Shown here: positions 44,064 through 54,415 of the stretch, piece by piece
Layout of the letters: each line of letters opens with the position of its first letter
Position numbering within the stretch: position 1 is the first letter of the stretch
Origin: Candidatus Pelagibacter sp.
GTDB lineage: Bacteria > Pseudomonadota > Alphaproteobacteria > Pelagibacterales > Pelagibacteraceae
NCBI GenBank assembly: GCA_045566195.1
Contig: JBJLDV010000016.1
Location: 18,386 to 82,385 of the forward strand
Length of the DNA stretch: 64,000 bases
Direction of reading: 5' to 3'
Made by a program: the position numbers and the translations under genes
Notes under the pieces: generated by a model
The model's input: the letters and a program-made list of their open reading frames with translations, nothing else
Databases searched by the model: none
Told to the model about the DNA's origin: nothing

Positions 44064-45350
44064 ATGACAGATTATAAAGTTAAAGATATCTCACAAGCAG
44101 ACTTTGGAAGAAAAGAAATTTCATTAGCAGAAACAGAAATGCCAGGATTAATGGCAGTAAGAACTGAATATAAAGGTAAAAATCCTCTTAAGGGAGCAAG
44201 AATTTTAGGTTGTCTTCACATGACAATTCAGACGGCAGTTTTGATTGAAACTTTAGTTGATTTAGGTGCAGAGGTAAGATGGTCTTCATGCAATATATTT
44301 TCAACTCAAGACCACGCAGCAGCTGCAATTGCAAAAGCTGGAATTCCAGTATTTGCTTGGAAAGGTGAAACTGAGGAAGAGTATTGGTGGTGCGTAAAAC
44401 AAACTATAGAGGGTAAAAAAGATTGGATCCCTAACATGATTTTAGATGATGGAGGAGATCTTACTGCTCTAATGCATAAGGACTATAAAGAATTATTAAA
44501 AAATATAAAGGGTTTAAGTGAAGAAACAACAACAGGTGTTTTAGCGCTTAAAAAAATGGAAGAGCAAGGAACGCTTTTAGTGCCAGCAATTAATGTAAAT
44601 GACTCAGTTACAAAATCAAAATTTGATAACTTATATGGATGCAGAGAAAGTTTAGTTGATGGAATTAAAAGAGCTACCGATGTAATGATGTCAGGAAAAG
44701 TTGCAATTGTTGCAGGTTTTGGTGATGTTGGAAAAGGTAGTGCAGCCTCTTTAAGACAAAGTGGTGCAAGAGTTTTAGTAACTGAAACAGATCCAATTTG
44801 TGCACTTCAAGCAGCCATGGAAGGTTATGAGGTTGTTTTAATGGATGAAATGATAGGTCAGGCAGATATAGTTGTGACTGCAACTGGAAACAAAGATGTA
44901 GTGACTGCAGATCATATGAGAGCCATGAAAGACAGATCTATTTTATGTAATATTGGACACTTTGATAATGAAATTCAGGTTGAAGCTTTAAAAAATTATA
45001 AATGGGATGAAGTAAAACCTCAAGTTCACGAAATAACATTTCCGGATGAAAAAAGATTAATTTTATTAGCTGAGGGAAGACTTGTAAATTTAGGATGTGG
45101 AACTGGTCACCCAAGTTTTGTTATGAGCGCATCATTTACAAATCAAGTTATTGCTCAAATCGAATTATGGAATAACTCAAAAAATTATGAAAATAAAGTT
45201 TATGTGCTTCCTAAACACTTAGATGAAAAAGTTGCTAGACTTCACTTAGATAAAGTTGGTGCAAAATTAACACCATTATCAAAGGAGCAGGCTGACTATA
45301 TAAGTGTAACACCAGAGGGACCATACAAGCCTCATGCTTATCGCTACTAG
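44064..45350 (+). CDS. ahcY: S-adenosylhomocysteine hydrolase
   Basis: [45 protein letters not shown]. Confidence 0.98.
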   Translation: MTDYKVKDISQADFGRKEISLAETEMPGLMAVRTEYKGKNPLKGARILGCLHMTIQTAVLIETLVDLGAEVRWSSCNIFSTQDHAAAAIAKAGIPVFAWKGETEEEYWWCVKQTIEGKKDWIPNMILDDGGDLTALMHKDYKELLKNIKGLSEETTTGVLALKKMEEQGTLLVPAINVNDSVTKSKFDNLYGCRESLVDGIKRATDVMMSGKVAIVAGFGDVGKGSAASLRQSGARVLVTETDPICALQAAMEGYEVVLMDEMIGQADIVVTATGNKDVVTADHMRAMKDRSILCNIGHFDNEIQVEALKNYKWDEVKPQVHEITFPDEKRLILLAEGRLVNLGCGTGHPSFVMSASFTNQVIAQIELWNNSKNYENKVYVLPKHLDEKVARLHLDKVGAKLTPLSKEQADYISVTPEGPYKPHAYRY

Positions 45351-45786
45351 AGGTAGCAAAATCGACATTTCAAAAGAGAGCTCAACAGCTAAATTTGCAA
45401 GGAAATTTTCAAAGGTTTTAAAAGTTGGAGACGTAGTTTTGCTTCATGGTGAAATTGGAGCAGGAAAAACTACTTTTATAAGATACTTGATTAATTCTTT
45501 AGAGAAGAAAAATAAAGTTAAATTAGGAGAAATAACGAGTCCAACTTTTAGTATTTTAAATGAATATGAAATAAAAAACATTACCATTAGACATTATGAC
45601 TTGTTTAGAATTAAAGATTCTAGTGAAATTAAAAATATTGGAATATATGAAAATATACACGATTTTATTACATTTATTGAGTGGCCTGATAAAATCGAAA
45701 AAAAAATAAAAAAGAAATATAATCTTTATTTTAAATATAACTCAAAATTGAATATGAGATCCTTAGAGGTTAGTAAAAGAATCTAA
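45334..45786 (+). CDS. tsaE: tRNA t6A biosynthesis ATPase
   Basis: [24 protein letters not shown]. Confidence 0.93.
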   Translation: MLIATRGSKIDISKESSTAKFARKFSKVLKVGDVVLLHGEIGAGKTTFIRYLINSLEKKNKVKLGEITSPTFSILNEYEIKNITIRHYDLFRIKDSSEIKNIGIYENIHDFITFIEWPDKIEKKIKKKYNLYFKYNSKLNMRSLEVSKRI

Positions 45787-45798
45787 ATATAAATAATA

Positions 45799-46764
45799 AT
45801 GATTTTAGATAAAAAAAAACTTTTTAAAATAAAGGGGGATGCATCTTTTAGGGAGTTTTATAGAAAAAAAGAAAAATCTAAAAGTAGTATTATAATTTTT
45901 TCAAAAAAAGAGAAAAGAAATAACCTATTAATTTATGATGCTATTAATAAAATTTTAACCCAAAATAATTTAATTGCCCCAAGATTAATAAATCAAAATT
46001 ATCATCAAAATTTTATTGAAGTTAATGATTTAGGAAAAATAACAGCACTAGATCATATAAAAAGAAGTAAAAAAAAATTTGTTGTTTTTAAAAAAATTAT
46101 AGACTTGTTGATAAAGCTTCAAAAAATAAGAACAAGAAGAGTTAAAAATTTTCAAAACAAATTCTATAACATACCTACTTATACGAATAAATTATTATTT
46201 AACGAAGCAAAACTTTTCTGTGAGTGGTACGTTCCAGAAAATATAAGAAAAAATAGGATTAAAATAAATAAAAATTTAAAATTAAAAATAAAAAATTTGC
46301 TTAATAATTTAAAACTTAAAAATAATATTATTGTTCATAGGGACTTTCATGTTTCTAATCTTATGTTGTACAAAAAAAAATTAGGTATAATTGACTCACA
46401 AGATGCAGTTGTGGGTAATGAAGCATATGATTTAGCTTCACTTGTAGATGATGTTCGTTATAAAACCTCAAACTCTTTTAAGAATAAGATATACAATTAT
46501 TATCTTAAAAAAAATAAAAAAAATTTTAATAAAAATTATTTTTTAAATGATTTTGAAATTTTGTCTGTAGTAAGAAATTTAAAAATTATTGGAATTTTTA
46601 CAAGACTAGCTAGGAGAGATAATAAATTAACATATTTAAAATTAATACCTTACACATGGAAACTTATAGATCTAAGATGTAAAAATAATAAATTATTAAT
46701 AGATTTTAAAAATTTTCTTTATAAGAACTTTTCTAAAAGTGTCAGAAATAAATATGCAAATTAA
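45799..46764 (+). CDS. amgK: Anomeric MurNAc/GlcNAc kinase (APH-like phosphotransferase)
   Basis: GDASFREFYR, HRDFHVSNL, IDSQDA, YDLASL, KIIGIFTRL; lies between tsaE and murU. Confidence 0.83.
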   Translation: MILDKKKLFKIKGDASFREFYRKKEKSKSSIIIFSKKEKRNNLLIYDAINKILTQNNLIAPRLINQNYHQNFIEVNDLGKITALDHIKRSKKKFVVFKKIIDLLIKLQKIRTRRVKNFQNKFYNIPTYTNKLLFNEAKLFCEWYVPENIRKNRIKINKNLKLKIKNLLNNLKLKNNIIVHRDFHVSNLMLYKKKLGIIDSQDAVVGNEAYDLASLVDDVRYKTSNSFKNKIYNYYLKKNKKNFNKNYFLNDFEILSVVRNLKIIGIFTRLARRDNKLTYLKLIPYTWKLIDLRCKNNKLLIDFKNFLYKNFSKSVRNKYAN

Positions 46765-47446
46765 AACAGCTTTAATTTTATGTGCAGGGTTTGGTAAAAG
46801 ACTTAATCCATTAACATTAAGTGACCCAAAACCTTTATTAAACTTTCATAATAATACTTTACTTGAACACACTTTAATTCTTATAAAAAAACTAAGTATT
46901 AAAAAGGTCAAATTAAATACTTTTTACTTAAAAGAAAAAATTGAAAAATTTATAAAAAACAAAAACTTTGATTTAGATATAGAGATTGTTGATGATGGGG
47001 AACAAATATTAGATACTGGTGGTGGTATTTTTAATATGATCAAAAGAACTAATGAAGAAAATTTTTTGATTTTTAATCCTGATACTTACTGGAATGATAA
47101 ATACATAGATTGTATTAAAAATATGGAAAATTTTTACTTTAATAATAATATAAACAATATTTTACTAGTAGTTAATAAAAATTTAAGTTTTGATAAAAAA
47201 CTTAAAGGTGATTTTAATTTAAATAAAAAAATTATAGATAGAAAAAATTCTTGTGATTTTATTTATACTGGATGCCAAATTTTAAATAAAAAAATTTTTT
47301 CTAAAGTTGACGAAAGTAAATTTTCAATAAATAAATTATGGGCACAATTAATTGAAAAGAACAAACTTTTTGGATTTGAAAGTAAAAATAAGTTTATTCA
47401 CATAACTGATATAAATATTTATAATCAATTATTAAAAAACGATTAA
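46754..47446 (+). CDS. murU: MurNAc-1-phosphate uridylyltransferase-like nucleotidyltransferase
   Basis: ILCAGFGKRLNPLT...PKPL, LDTGGG, YTG; start at ATG 46754. Confidence 0.82.
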   Translation: MQIKTALILCAGFGKRLNPLTLSDPKPLLNFHNNTLLEHTLILIKKLSIKKVKLNTFYLKEKIEKFIKNKNFDLDIEIVDDGEQILDTGGGIFNMIKRTNEENFLIFNPDTYWNDKYIDCIKNMENFYFNNNINNILLVVNKNLSFDKKLKGDFNLNKKIIDRKNSCDFIYTGCQILNKKIFSKVDESKFSINKLWAQLIEKNKLFGFESKNKFIHITDINIYNQLLKND

Positions 47447-48148
47447 ATTTTGAGCTCTTTCTTTATCAAGGTAAAGACAATTCGATATTTCCCTATTCTG
47501 ATCAATTTCAATCATCATGGGATTTCCAGTTGGAATTTCAAGTTTTGTTATTTGTTTTTCGTCCAGTTTAAAGAGAAATTTACACAGAGATCTAATTGAA
47601 TTTCCATGAGCTGAGATTAATATATTTTTATTTTTTTTAATTTTATCTTCAATATTTTCTTTATAGTATTTCACAACTCTCTCGTAAGTATCTTTTAATG
47701 ACTCGGTATCAGGAATATCTTCCTTTCTTAAACTTTTATATACTTCTATATTTATTGGATGATATGGGTTATTTTTACTTAGTGGATCTGGCCTTAAATC
47801 CCAGGACCTTCTAAACTCATGTATTTTTTTCTCACCTAACTTTTTCTTCATTTCATCTTTATTCAGTCCAGTTAATGCTCCATAATGCCTCTCATTTAAC
47901 TGCCAAGCTTTTTCAGGCTGGATTTTATTCCTTAAGGTATCTTGAATCAGTTTTAGTGTATTAATAGATCTTATTTGAAAAGATGAATAAAAATGATCAA
48001 TTTTAATATTTAATTCTTTAATAACTTCACCAGCTTTACATGCTTCTAATTTTCCCTCTGGTGTAAGATCCACATCTACCCACCCAGTGAATTTTTTTTG
48101 TAGGTTCCATTCACTTTGTCCATGTCTTACTAAAATTAAATGACTCAT
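47432..48148 (-). CDS. gpmA: 2,3-bisphosphoglycerate-dependent phosphoglycerate mutase
   Basis: LVRHGQSEWN, LNERHYG, AHGNSIR, IPTG. Confidence 0.96.
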   Translation of the reverse strand: MSHLILVRHGQSEWNLQKKFTGWVDVDLTPEGKLEACKAGEVIKELNIKIDHFYSSFQIRSINTLKLIQDTLRNKIQPEKAWQLNERHYGALTGLNKDEMKKKLGEKKIHEFRRSWDLRPDPLSKNNPYHPINIEVYKSLRKEDIPDTESLKDTYERVVKYYKENIEDKIKKNKNILISAHGNSIRSLCKFLFKLDEKQITKLEIPTGNPMMIEIDQNREISNCLYLDKERAQNLIVF

Positions 48149-48177
48149 AAATATAATTATTATATTAATAATTCTGT

Positions 48178-48567
48178 ATGATAAAATTATTTTTTTATTT
48201 AGTAAATCTAATATTCATAGTTTTTTATCTTTATCCAGGTAGCATTCTAGGAAAAATAATTTATGGAGATTTTAAAAAACAACCTCAACTAACAAATGAT
48301 TTTTCTTTGAGTATTTTAGATATTTCCTCTAATCATATTTATGCTTTTGCAGTTGTTACATTTTTTGGATTATATATTTATTTTCAAAAATATTTGAAGC
48401 TCATAACAATTTATTTAATTTTCATATCAGTAGTCTTAGAGATTTTACATATTATAATACCCAATAGATCATTTCAATTTTCTGATTTAATTGGAAATCT
48501 TTTAGGAGTATTTATTATGTTAATTTTATTTTACACTTATTTTAATGCAAAAAAAACTTTTAAGTAG
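48178..48567 (+). CDS. VanZ-like membrane protein
   Basis: Hydrophobic; H..AF and LEILH..IPNRSFQFSDLIGNLLG resemble VanZ motifs. Confidence 0.7.
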   Translation: MIKLFFYLVNLIFIVFYLYPGSILGKIIYGDFKKQPQLTNDFSLSILDISSNHIYAFAVVTFFGLYIYFQKYLKLITIYLIFISVVLEILHIIIPNRSFQFSDLIGNLLGVFIMLILFYTYFNAKKTFK

Positions 48568-49048
48568 CATTATATTTATAATATTGTTTTTGACTCCAGC
48601 TAAAAGCGAAATTATATCTGGTAATGCTATTATAATCGATGGTGATACAATTAGGATTAATAATAAGAAAGTTAGGCTCCACGGGATAGATGCACCCGAA
48701 ATAAAACAATTATGTCAAAAAGTATTTTTGAGTATTTTTTTTATTTCATTCGAAAAAAATTATAAATGTGGAGAGCTTTCAAAAAAAAAACTAGAAAACT
48801 ATATTAAAAATAATATCATTAGATGCAAAATTGAAGGAATCGATAGATATAAGAGAATACTCGGAACATGCTACAAAAATACAATTAATATTAATTCTAG
48901 AATGGTTAGAAATGGGTACGCAGTTGCTTATAAAAAATACTCAAAAAAGTATTTAACTGCAGAAAAAGAAGCAAGAAAAGATGAGCTTGGTTTATGGAAA
49001 GGTAAATTTGAAATGCCATGGGATTGGAGAAAAAATGGTAAAAAATAA
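48545..49048 (+). CDS. Thermonuclease (SNase) family protein with signal peptide
   Basis: IIDGDTI, RLHGIDAPE, DRYKR, GLWKG...PWDWR. Confidence 0.9.
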   Translation: MQKKLLSSIIFIILFLTPAKSEIISGNAIIIDGDTIRINNKKVRLHGIDAPEIKQLCQKVFLSIFFISFEKNYKCGELSKKKLENYIKNNIIRCKIEGIDRYKRILGTCYKNTININSRMVRNGYAVAYKKYSKKYLTAEKEARKDELGLWKGKFEMPWDWRKNGKK

Positions 49049-49631
49049 TTTTTATATTATCTTGATACTTTTATTTTTAACATCTTGTGCGTCTATTCCA
49101 AATAATACTTATAGCAGTTGCGCAATATTTTCTGAAAAATATCTTTGGTATAAACATGCAAAAAAAACTGAAAAAAAATGGGGAACACCAATTTATATTC
49201 AATTAGCGATAATAAAGATGGAGTCAGATTTTGATTGGCTAGCGAAGCCCAAGAGACAAAAAATTTTTAAAGTAATTCCTTACAAAAGACCGTCAAGTTC
49301 CTTTGGTTATTCGCAGGCAGTGAAAGGTACTTGGAAACAATATAAAAAAGAAACGAATAATCCATTAGCAACCAGAACAAGATTTAAAGATAGTGTTGAT
49401 TTTATAGGATGGTATACCTCTAAATCCTCCAAAATTCTTAAAATATCAATGAATGATCCTTTTAAGCAATATATTGCTTATCATGAAGGGTGGGGTAATT
49501 ATAAATACTATAAAAAAAATACCAAAGTAATAAAACTTGCTAAAAAAGTTAAAACCCATTCAGACAGATATGAAATTCAATTAAATAAATGTAGAAAAAA
49601 ACTAGATAAAAAAAAATATATAATTTTTTAA
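49035..49631 (+). CDS. Lipoprotein with SLT-like transglycosylase domain
   Basis: Lipobox LTSC, IIKMESDF (catalytic Glu), GYSQA, AYHEG; start at ATG 49035. Confidence 0.8.
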   Translation: MVKNNFYIILILLFLTSCASIPNNTYSSCAIFSEKYLWYKHAKKTEKKWGTPIYIQLAIIKMESDFDWLAKPKRQKIFKVIPYKRPSSSFGYSQAVKGTWKQYKKETNNPLATRTRFKDSVDFIGWYTSKSSKILKISMNDPFKQYIAYHEGWGNYKYYKKNTKVIKLAKKVKTHSDRYEIQLNKCRKKLDKKKYIIF

Positions 49632-52600
49632 CGTAATTGTTTATTTAATTCTTTTTCAACATAATTTATACTTTTTGTATTTTTACCTATAGCTAAATAA
49701 ATTGTAGGGATTACATAAAGTGTAAAAAAAGTAGAGAATATCATTCCAAATAAAATTGTAATTCCAACTGTCAATCTACTTGCTTCACCAGGCCCACTAC
49801 TAAATACTAATGGCAAAACACCTATAATTGTTGATGTTGAGGTCATTAATATAGGTCTAAGTCTTATATTTGCAGACTCTATAATTGATTTTTCAATATC
49901 TTTTCCTTCATCTCTCAATTGATTAGCAAATTCTACAATTAAAATTCCATTTTTTGTAGCAAGTCCTATCAATATTATTAATGCAATCTGACTAAAAATA
50001 TTTATCGAGCTACCGACTACAAGAAGACCTAATATCCCTCCAAAAATGGCAAGGGGAACTGTTAACATAATCGTAAATGGATGCTTAAAGCTCTCAAATT
50101 GTGCAGCCATGACCAGATAAGCAGTCAATAAAGCTAAAGCAAAAATTAAATATATTTGATAGCTCGTTTCTTTTAACTCTTCACTTTCACCCTTGTAAGC
50201 GATTCTTGCATCAGGAAAATTATCCTTAGTAGTTTTCTCTAAAAAAGTAAGTGCATCTGAAAGTGAATAATCTCCAACAATATTAGCAGAAATTGTAATA
50301 GCCTTTTGTCTGTTATACCTTGAGAGTATAGGCGCTATACCTTCCTCTTCTAAGGAAACTAAATTAGACAATGAAACTAATTGACCTGAATTTTTAGATC
50401 TTACATAAACTTTTGCAAGATTAGATGGTTCTTTTCTATTCTTTATATCACCCTGCAATATAATATCATATTCTCTTCCATCTTTAGTAAATTTGGTTAC
50501 GTTTCGTGATCCAAATATTGTCTCAACTGATCTACCTATTTCTAATGTGGAAACACCTAAATCAGATGCTTTTTCTTGATCTATTTTTACATTTAAAATA
50601 GCTTTTGTTTGATTAAAATCGTCCTCTATATTTGTTAAGTTTTTATTTTTTCTAGCTTCTTTTTTAATCACTTCTTTCCATTTAATTAAATCTTCATAAG
50701 TGTTTCCTAACAAAACAAATTGCACTGGTTTTTGGATTCCTCCAGTCCTAATACCTTGAGGCATTACTGGAAAAGCTAAAACACCTGGAACTTTTGAAAT
50801 TTCTCTAAATGACTCCATCATAATTCTTTGACCATCTCTTTTTCTTTTATCCCAATGCTCTAATAAAACAATTATGAAACCAGAGTTTACTTGAGTCGAA
50901 CTTTTTCCAAATCCAGGGACTCTTAAAAGCAACCTTCTATATTCTCCTTTGCCTACCTTAGGTAATAAAAAACTCTCAATCTCTTCAGATTTGTTTGATG
51001 TAAATTCAAAACCAGAGCTTTCTGGTGCTTTAATTATTACAAAAAAAGCACCTCGGTCTTCTTTAGGCATTAATTCTTTTGGAGCATATAAAAAGACTGA
51101 TGAAGTTAAAACTAATATCAATATTAGAAAAGTTATTATGGCTTTTCTTTTTTTTAACCAAAAGAGTAAAGTTCTTTTATAAAATTCCCTAAACTTATTA
51201 AGACCAGACTCAAATTTGTAGGTAATTTTTGATTTTATATTTTTTTTAATTAATATCTTGCTAGCAATCATTGGGCTTAATGATAAAGCAACAAAGCTTG
51301 ATATGATTACCGCAAAAGATAATGTGACTGCAGTTTGAGTATACAAAGTTCCGCTCAAGCCTTTTATAAAAATAAGTGGAATAAAAACTGCAACTAAAAC
51401 TAAAGTCGTAGCGATAATTGCAAAAGATACCTGTTTAGATCCTTTATAGGCTGCAATTAATGCTGATTCTCCTTTTTCAATCCTTCTTACAATATTTTCT
51501 AACATTACAATTGCATCATCAACAACAATCCCTATTGCAAGAACTAAAGCCATCAAAGTAAAAAGATTAATAGAAAAATCAAAAAAATAAATTGCTAAGA
51601 AAGTTGAAATTAAGGAAACTGGGAGAGCAACAATTGGAACAATTAAAGCTCTAATATTACCTAAGAATAAATAGATAATTATTGTAACTAAAACTAATGC
51701 AATTATTAAAGTTTTATAAACCTCATAAATAGCTCTTGAAATATAATTACTTCTATCAAAAGATACCTCTAAAGAGGTTCCATCAGGTAAAGTTGGTTGA
51801 ACTTCTTTTATTTTTTTTTTTAATCTAGAAGCTACTTTTATTGTATTAGCATCTGACTGTTGATAGATACCTATTCCTACTACTTGTTTTCCATTTCCTT
51901 TAAAAAGAGTTCTAGTAGTTACCGGACCAAATTCAACTCTTGCAACATCTGATAATTTAGTTATTGATCCATCAAAAGATTTTTTTAATGGTAAATTTTT
52001 ATAGGTTTCAATTTCTTTGTAAGCATTTTCCAACTTTATAGTTAAATCGATATCTTTAGATTCTATTCGTCCTGCAGGAAATTCCAGATTTTCAGATCTT
52101 AGGGTTTCTTCAACTTCTTGTGTTGTTAAATTTCTTGCAGCCAAAGCTATTGGATCTAACCATATTCTAAGAGAGATCTCTCTTTCTCCCCCCAGCCTAA
52201 CTCTTCCAACCCCTTCTACAGTTGCAAAGTAATCTGTTAAATATCTATCAGCATAATCTGTTAATTCCATATCAGACATAAAATCTGAACTAAAACTCAT
52301 CCACATGGTTGTTCTAAATCCAGCAGATTGTTTGTAAACTTCTGGCGCGCTTGCTTCCTCTGGTAGTTCATCCACTACTCTAGCAATAAAACTTCTAACA
52401 TCATTTGCAACGTTGTCTAAATCTAAATCTGATTTAAAAGTCATTTCAATTCTAGATGAACCATCTTCACTTAATGATTCAATATTTATTAGTCCTGGTG
52501 TTCCACCAACTCTATCCTCAATTTTTTGAGTTATTTGAGTATCAACAATATTTGCAGATGCACCTTGATATTTAGTTTGGATAGTAACAATTGGTCTTTC

Positions 52601-52720
52601 AACATCCGGTAGTTCATCTGTTGGTATTTCGTTAAATACTACAAGACCAAAAATAACAAGTATCATGCTCATCACCGAAGCAACAACTGGTCTTTTTATA
52701 GATAAATCTGTGAGAAACAT
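49628..52720 (-). CDS. RND efflux permease (AcrB/HAE1 family)
   Basis: SIKRPV, GIVVDDAIVMLENI, KNGILIVEFA, RLRPILMT. Confidence 0.95.
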   Translation of the reverse strand: MFLTDLSIKRPVVASVMSMILVIFGLVVFNEIPTDELPDVERPIVTIQTKYQGASANIVDTQITQKIEDRVGGTPGLINIESLSEDGSSRIEMTFKSDLDLDNVANDVRSFIARVVDELPEEASAPEVYKQSAGFRTTMWMSFSSDFMSDMELTDYADRYLTDYFATVEGVGRVRLGGEREISLRIWLDPIALAARNLTTQEVEETLRSENLEFPAGRIESKDIDLTIKLENAYKEIETYKNLPLKKSFDGSITKLSDVARVEFGPVTTRTLFKGNGKQVVGIGIYQQSDANTIKVASRLKKKIKEVQPTLPDGTSLEVSFDRSNYISRAIYEVYKTLIIALVLVTIIIYLFLGNIRALIVPIVALPVSLISTFLAIYFFDFSINLFTLMALVLAIGIVVDDAIVMLENIVRRIEKGESALIAAYKGSKQVSFAIIATTLVLVAVFIPLIFIKGLSGTLYTQTAVTLSFAVIISSFVALSLSPMIASKILIKKNIKSKITYKFESGLNKFREFYKRTLLFWLKKRKAIITFLILILVLTSSVFLYAPKELMPKEDRGAFFVIIKAPESSGFEFTSNKSEEIESFLLPKVGKGEYRRLLLRVPGFGKSSTQVNSGFIIVLLEHWDKRKRDGQRIMMESFREISKVPGVLAFPVMPQGIRTGGIQKPVQFVLLGNTYEDLIKWKEVIKKEARKNKNLTNIEDDFNQTKAILNVKIDQEKASDLGVSTLEIGRSVETIFGSRNVTKFTKDGREYDIILQGDIKNRKEPSNLAKVYVRSKNSGQLVSLSNLVSLEEEGIAPILSRYNRQKAITISANIVGDYSLSDALTFLEKTTKDNFPDARIAYKGESEELKETSYQIYLIFALALLTAYLVMAAQFESFKHPFTIMLTVPLAIFGGILGLLVVGSSINIFSQIALIILIGLATKNGILIVEFANQLRDEGKDIEKSIIESANIRLRPILMTSTSTIIGVLPLVFSSGPGEASRLTVGITILFGMIFSTFFTLYVIPTIYLAIGKNTKSINYVEKELNKQLR

Positions 52721-52727
52721 TAAAATT

Positions 52728-53594
52728 TTACTGGTTTACAATTTTGACTTTCATTTTATTTCTGACCTTAGAAATTCCTTCTTTAATAATCTTATCATTT
52801 ATATTTAGTCCATTTAGAACCATTACTTTACCAAAACTTCTTTTTCCAACTTCAACCTCCATTTTTTCAACTGAGTTATCTTCTAAAACTTTATAAACAA
52901 AATTTGTCTTGCCCTGAACTAGAATTGAAGATTCTGAAACTCCTATCGCCTGCACTTTATTATAAATTATTTCAGCATTTAGTAACATTCCTGGAATTAG
53001 TTCTAAGTTTGGATTTGAAACTTTTATGTTACATAATACAGATCTTGTATTCGGATCGACTCTAGAACTAACAGACTCAATAATACCTTTAAATTTTTTT
53101 TGATAGGAATCAGATTTAATATTAACATCAAGACCTGCTTTTAAAATTGATAAGTAGCTTTCTGGCACTTTAATATCAAGCATTACAGACGATATATCGT
53201 CTAGAGTTAAAATAAATGAGTCCGTTCCCAAGACACCTTGTGCGATTTCTCTTTTGCCCAAAACTCCCTTGAAAGGTGCTATTATTTTTTCATTATCAAT
53301 AATGACTACTATTTCACCTCTTTTAATAATTTTACCAAATTTAATTTTTTGATCTTCTATTTGTTCTTTTTTTATTCTGTAGTTTTTCGTTTTAAGCGCA
53401 ACAGCAGTTCCAAATGTTTCAATTTTTTCGAAAAATTCTGAATTATCAACTATTTCTACAATCACTCCAGGAGGAGGGCGTTGAGAAAATTTTTTTTCAA
53501 AATGTTTACCAACAAAATATCTTGATGCAATGATTGCAAATATAATTATAAAAATTACAGATATTAGTATTGTTATTTTTTTTGATAATTTCAT
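52728..53594 (-). CDS. RND periplasmic adaptor (MFP), short
   Basis: N-terminal TM anchor, IAPFKG, VPESYL, SRVDPNTRS, LIPGM, V.VGKR...V..GL; directly upstream of the RND gene. Confidence 0.87.
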   Translation of the reverse strand: MKLSKKITILISVIFIIIFAIIASRYFVGKHFEKKFSQRPPPGVIVEIVDNSEFFEKIETFGTAVALKTKNYRIKKEQIEDQKIKFGKIIKRGEIVVIIDNEKIIAPFKGVLGKREIAQGVLGTDSFILTLDDISSVMLDIKVPESYLSILKAGLDVNIKSDSYQKKFKGIIESVSSRVDPNTRSVLCNIKVSNPNLELIPGMLLNAEIIYNKVQAIGVSESSILVQGKTNFVYKVLEDNSVEKMEVEVGKRSFGKVMVLNGLNINDKIIKEGISKVRNKMKVKIVNQ

Positions 53595-54415
53595 GATGGA
53601 TATTTACCATATTCACTCCAAGATCCATCATAAATAATTGGTAAATAACTCTCATTTATTAACGATAATGCAAATGCCAATACAGCTGCTGTTACTCCCG
53701 AGCCACATGAGAATATAATATTTGTTTCTTTTGTATTATTTATAATTTTTTCAAATTTAACTTTTAGTTCTGGTACGCTTAAAAATTCATACGTTTTTTT
53801 GTTTATACATTCTTCAAAAGGTAAACAAACCGAATTTTGTATTGAACCAGATCTAAGGCCTTTTCTGGGCTCCGTTTCTAAACCTTTAAATCTATTAATA
53901 CTTCTCGCATCAACTAATTTAAATTCAGATGTTATGATATTTTCATCAATTTCTTTTTTACTTTTAACTAATTTTTTTATCTCACAAGTTTGATAATTTG
54001 TCCTATCTAAATTTTCAATATGACTTGTTGTTTCTTTACTTTCCTTAATCCATTTTCTTAGACCACCATTTAAAACTTTTACTAGGTTTGGGCTATGACC
54101 AAAATATATAAAATTATACCAACATCTACATGAGCTGATGAGATCAGAGTTGTCATAAATAACTAATAAATCATCGTTTTTAATTCCCATTTCAGATACA
54201 ATTTTTTGCCATTCATCAGAGCTGACCAACATATGGGGTAAGTTTATATTTTGCTTAGAGTTTTTATCTAAATCAAAAAATATTGAGTTTTTAATATGTC
54301 TTTTTAGATACTCATCGAATCCATCTCTCTTTGTTTTAGGCATATGCCAAGAACAATCAATAATTTTTACATTATCTAAATTCTCTTGAAGCCAATTGGT
54401 TGAAACTAAACTCAT
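53591..54415 (-). CDS. sseA: 3-mercaptopyruvate sulfurtransferase / tandem rhodanese
   Basis: LVSTNWL, VLNGG..KW, DARS..RF.G, CGSGVTA, YDGSWSEY. Confidence 0.92.
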   Translation of the reverse strand: MSLVSTNWLQENLDNVKIIDCSWHMPKTKRDGFDEYLKRHIKNSIFFDLDKNSKQNINLPHMLVSSDEWQKIVSEMGIKNDDLLVIYDNSDLISSCRCWYNFIYFGHSPNLVKVLNGGLRKWIKESKETTSHIENLDRTNYQTCEIKKLVKSKKEIDENIITSEFKLVDARSINRFKGLETEPRKGLRSGSIQNSVCLPFEECINKKTYEFLSVPELKVKFEKIINNTKETNIIFSCGSGVTAAVLAFALSLINESYLPIIYDGSWSEYGKYPS

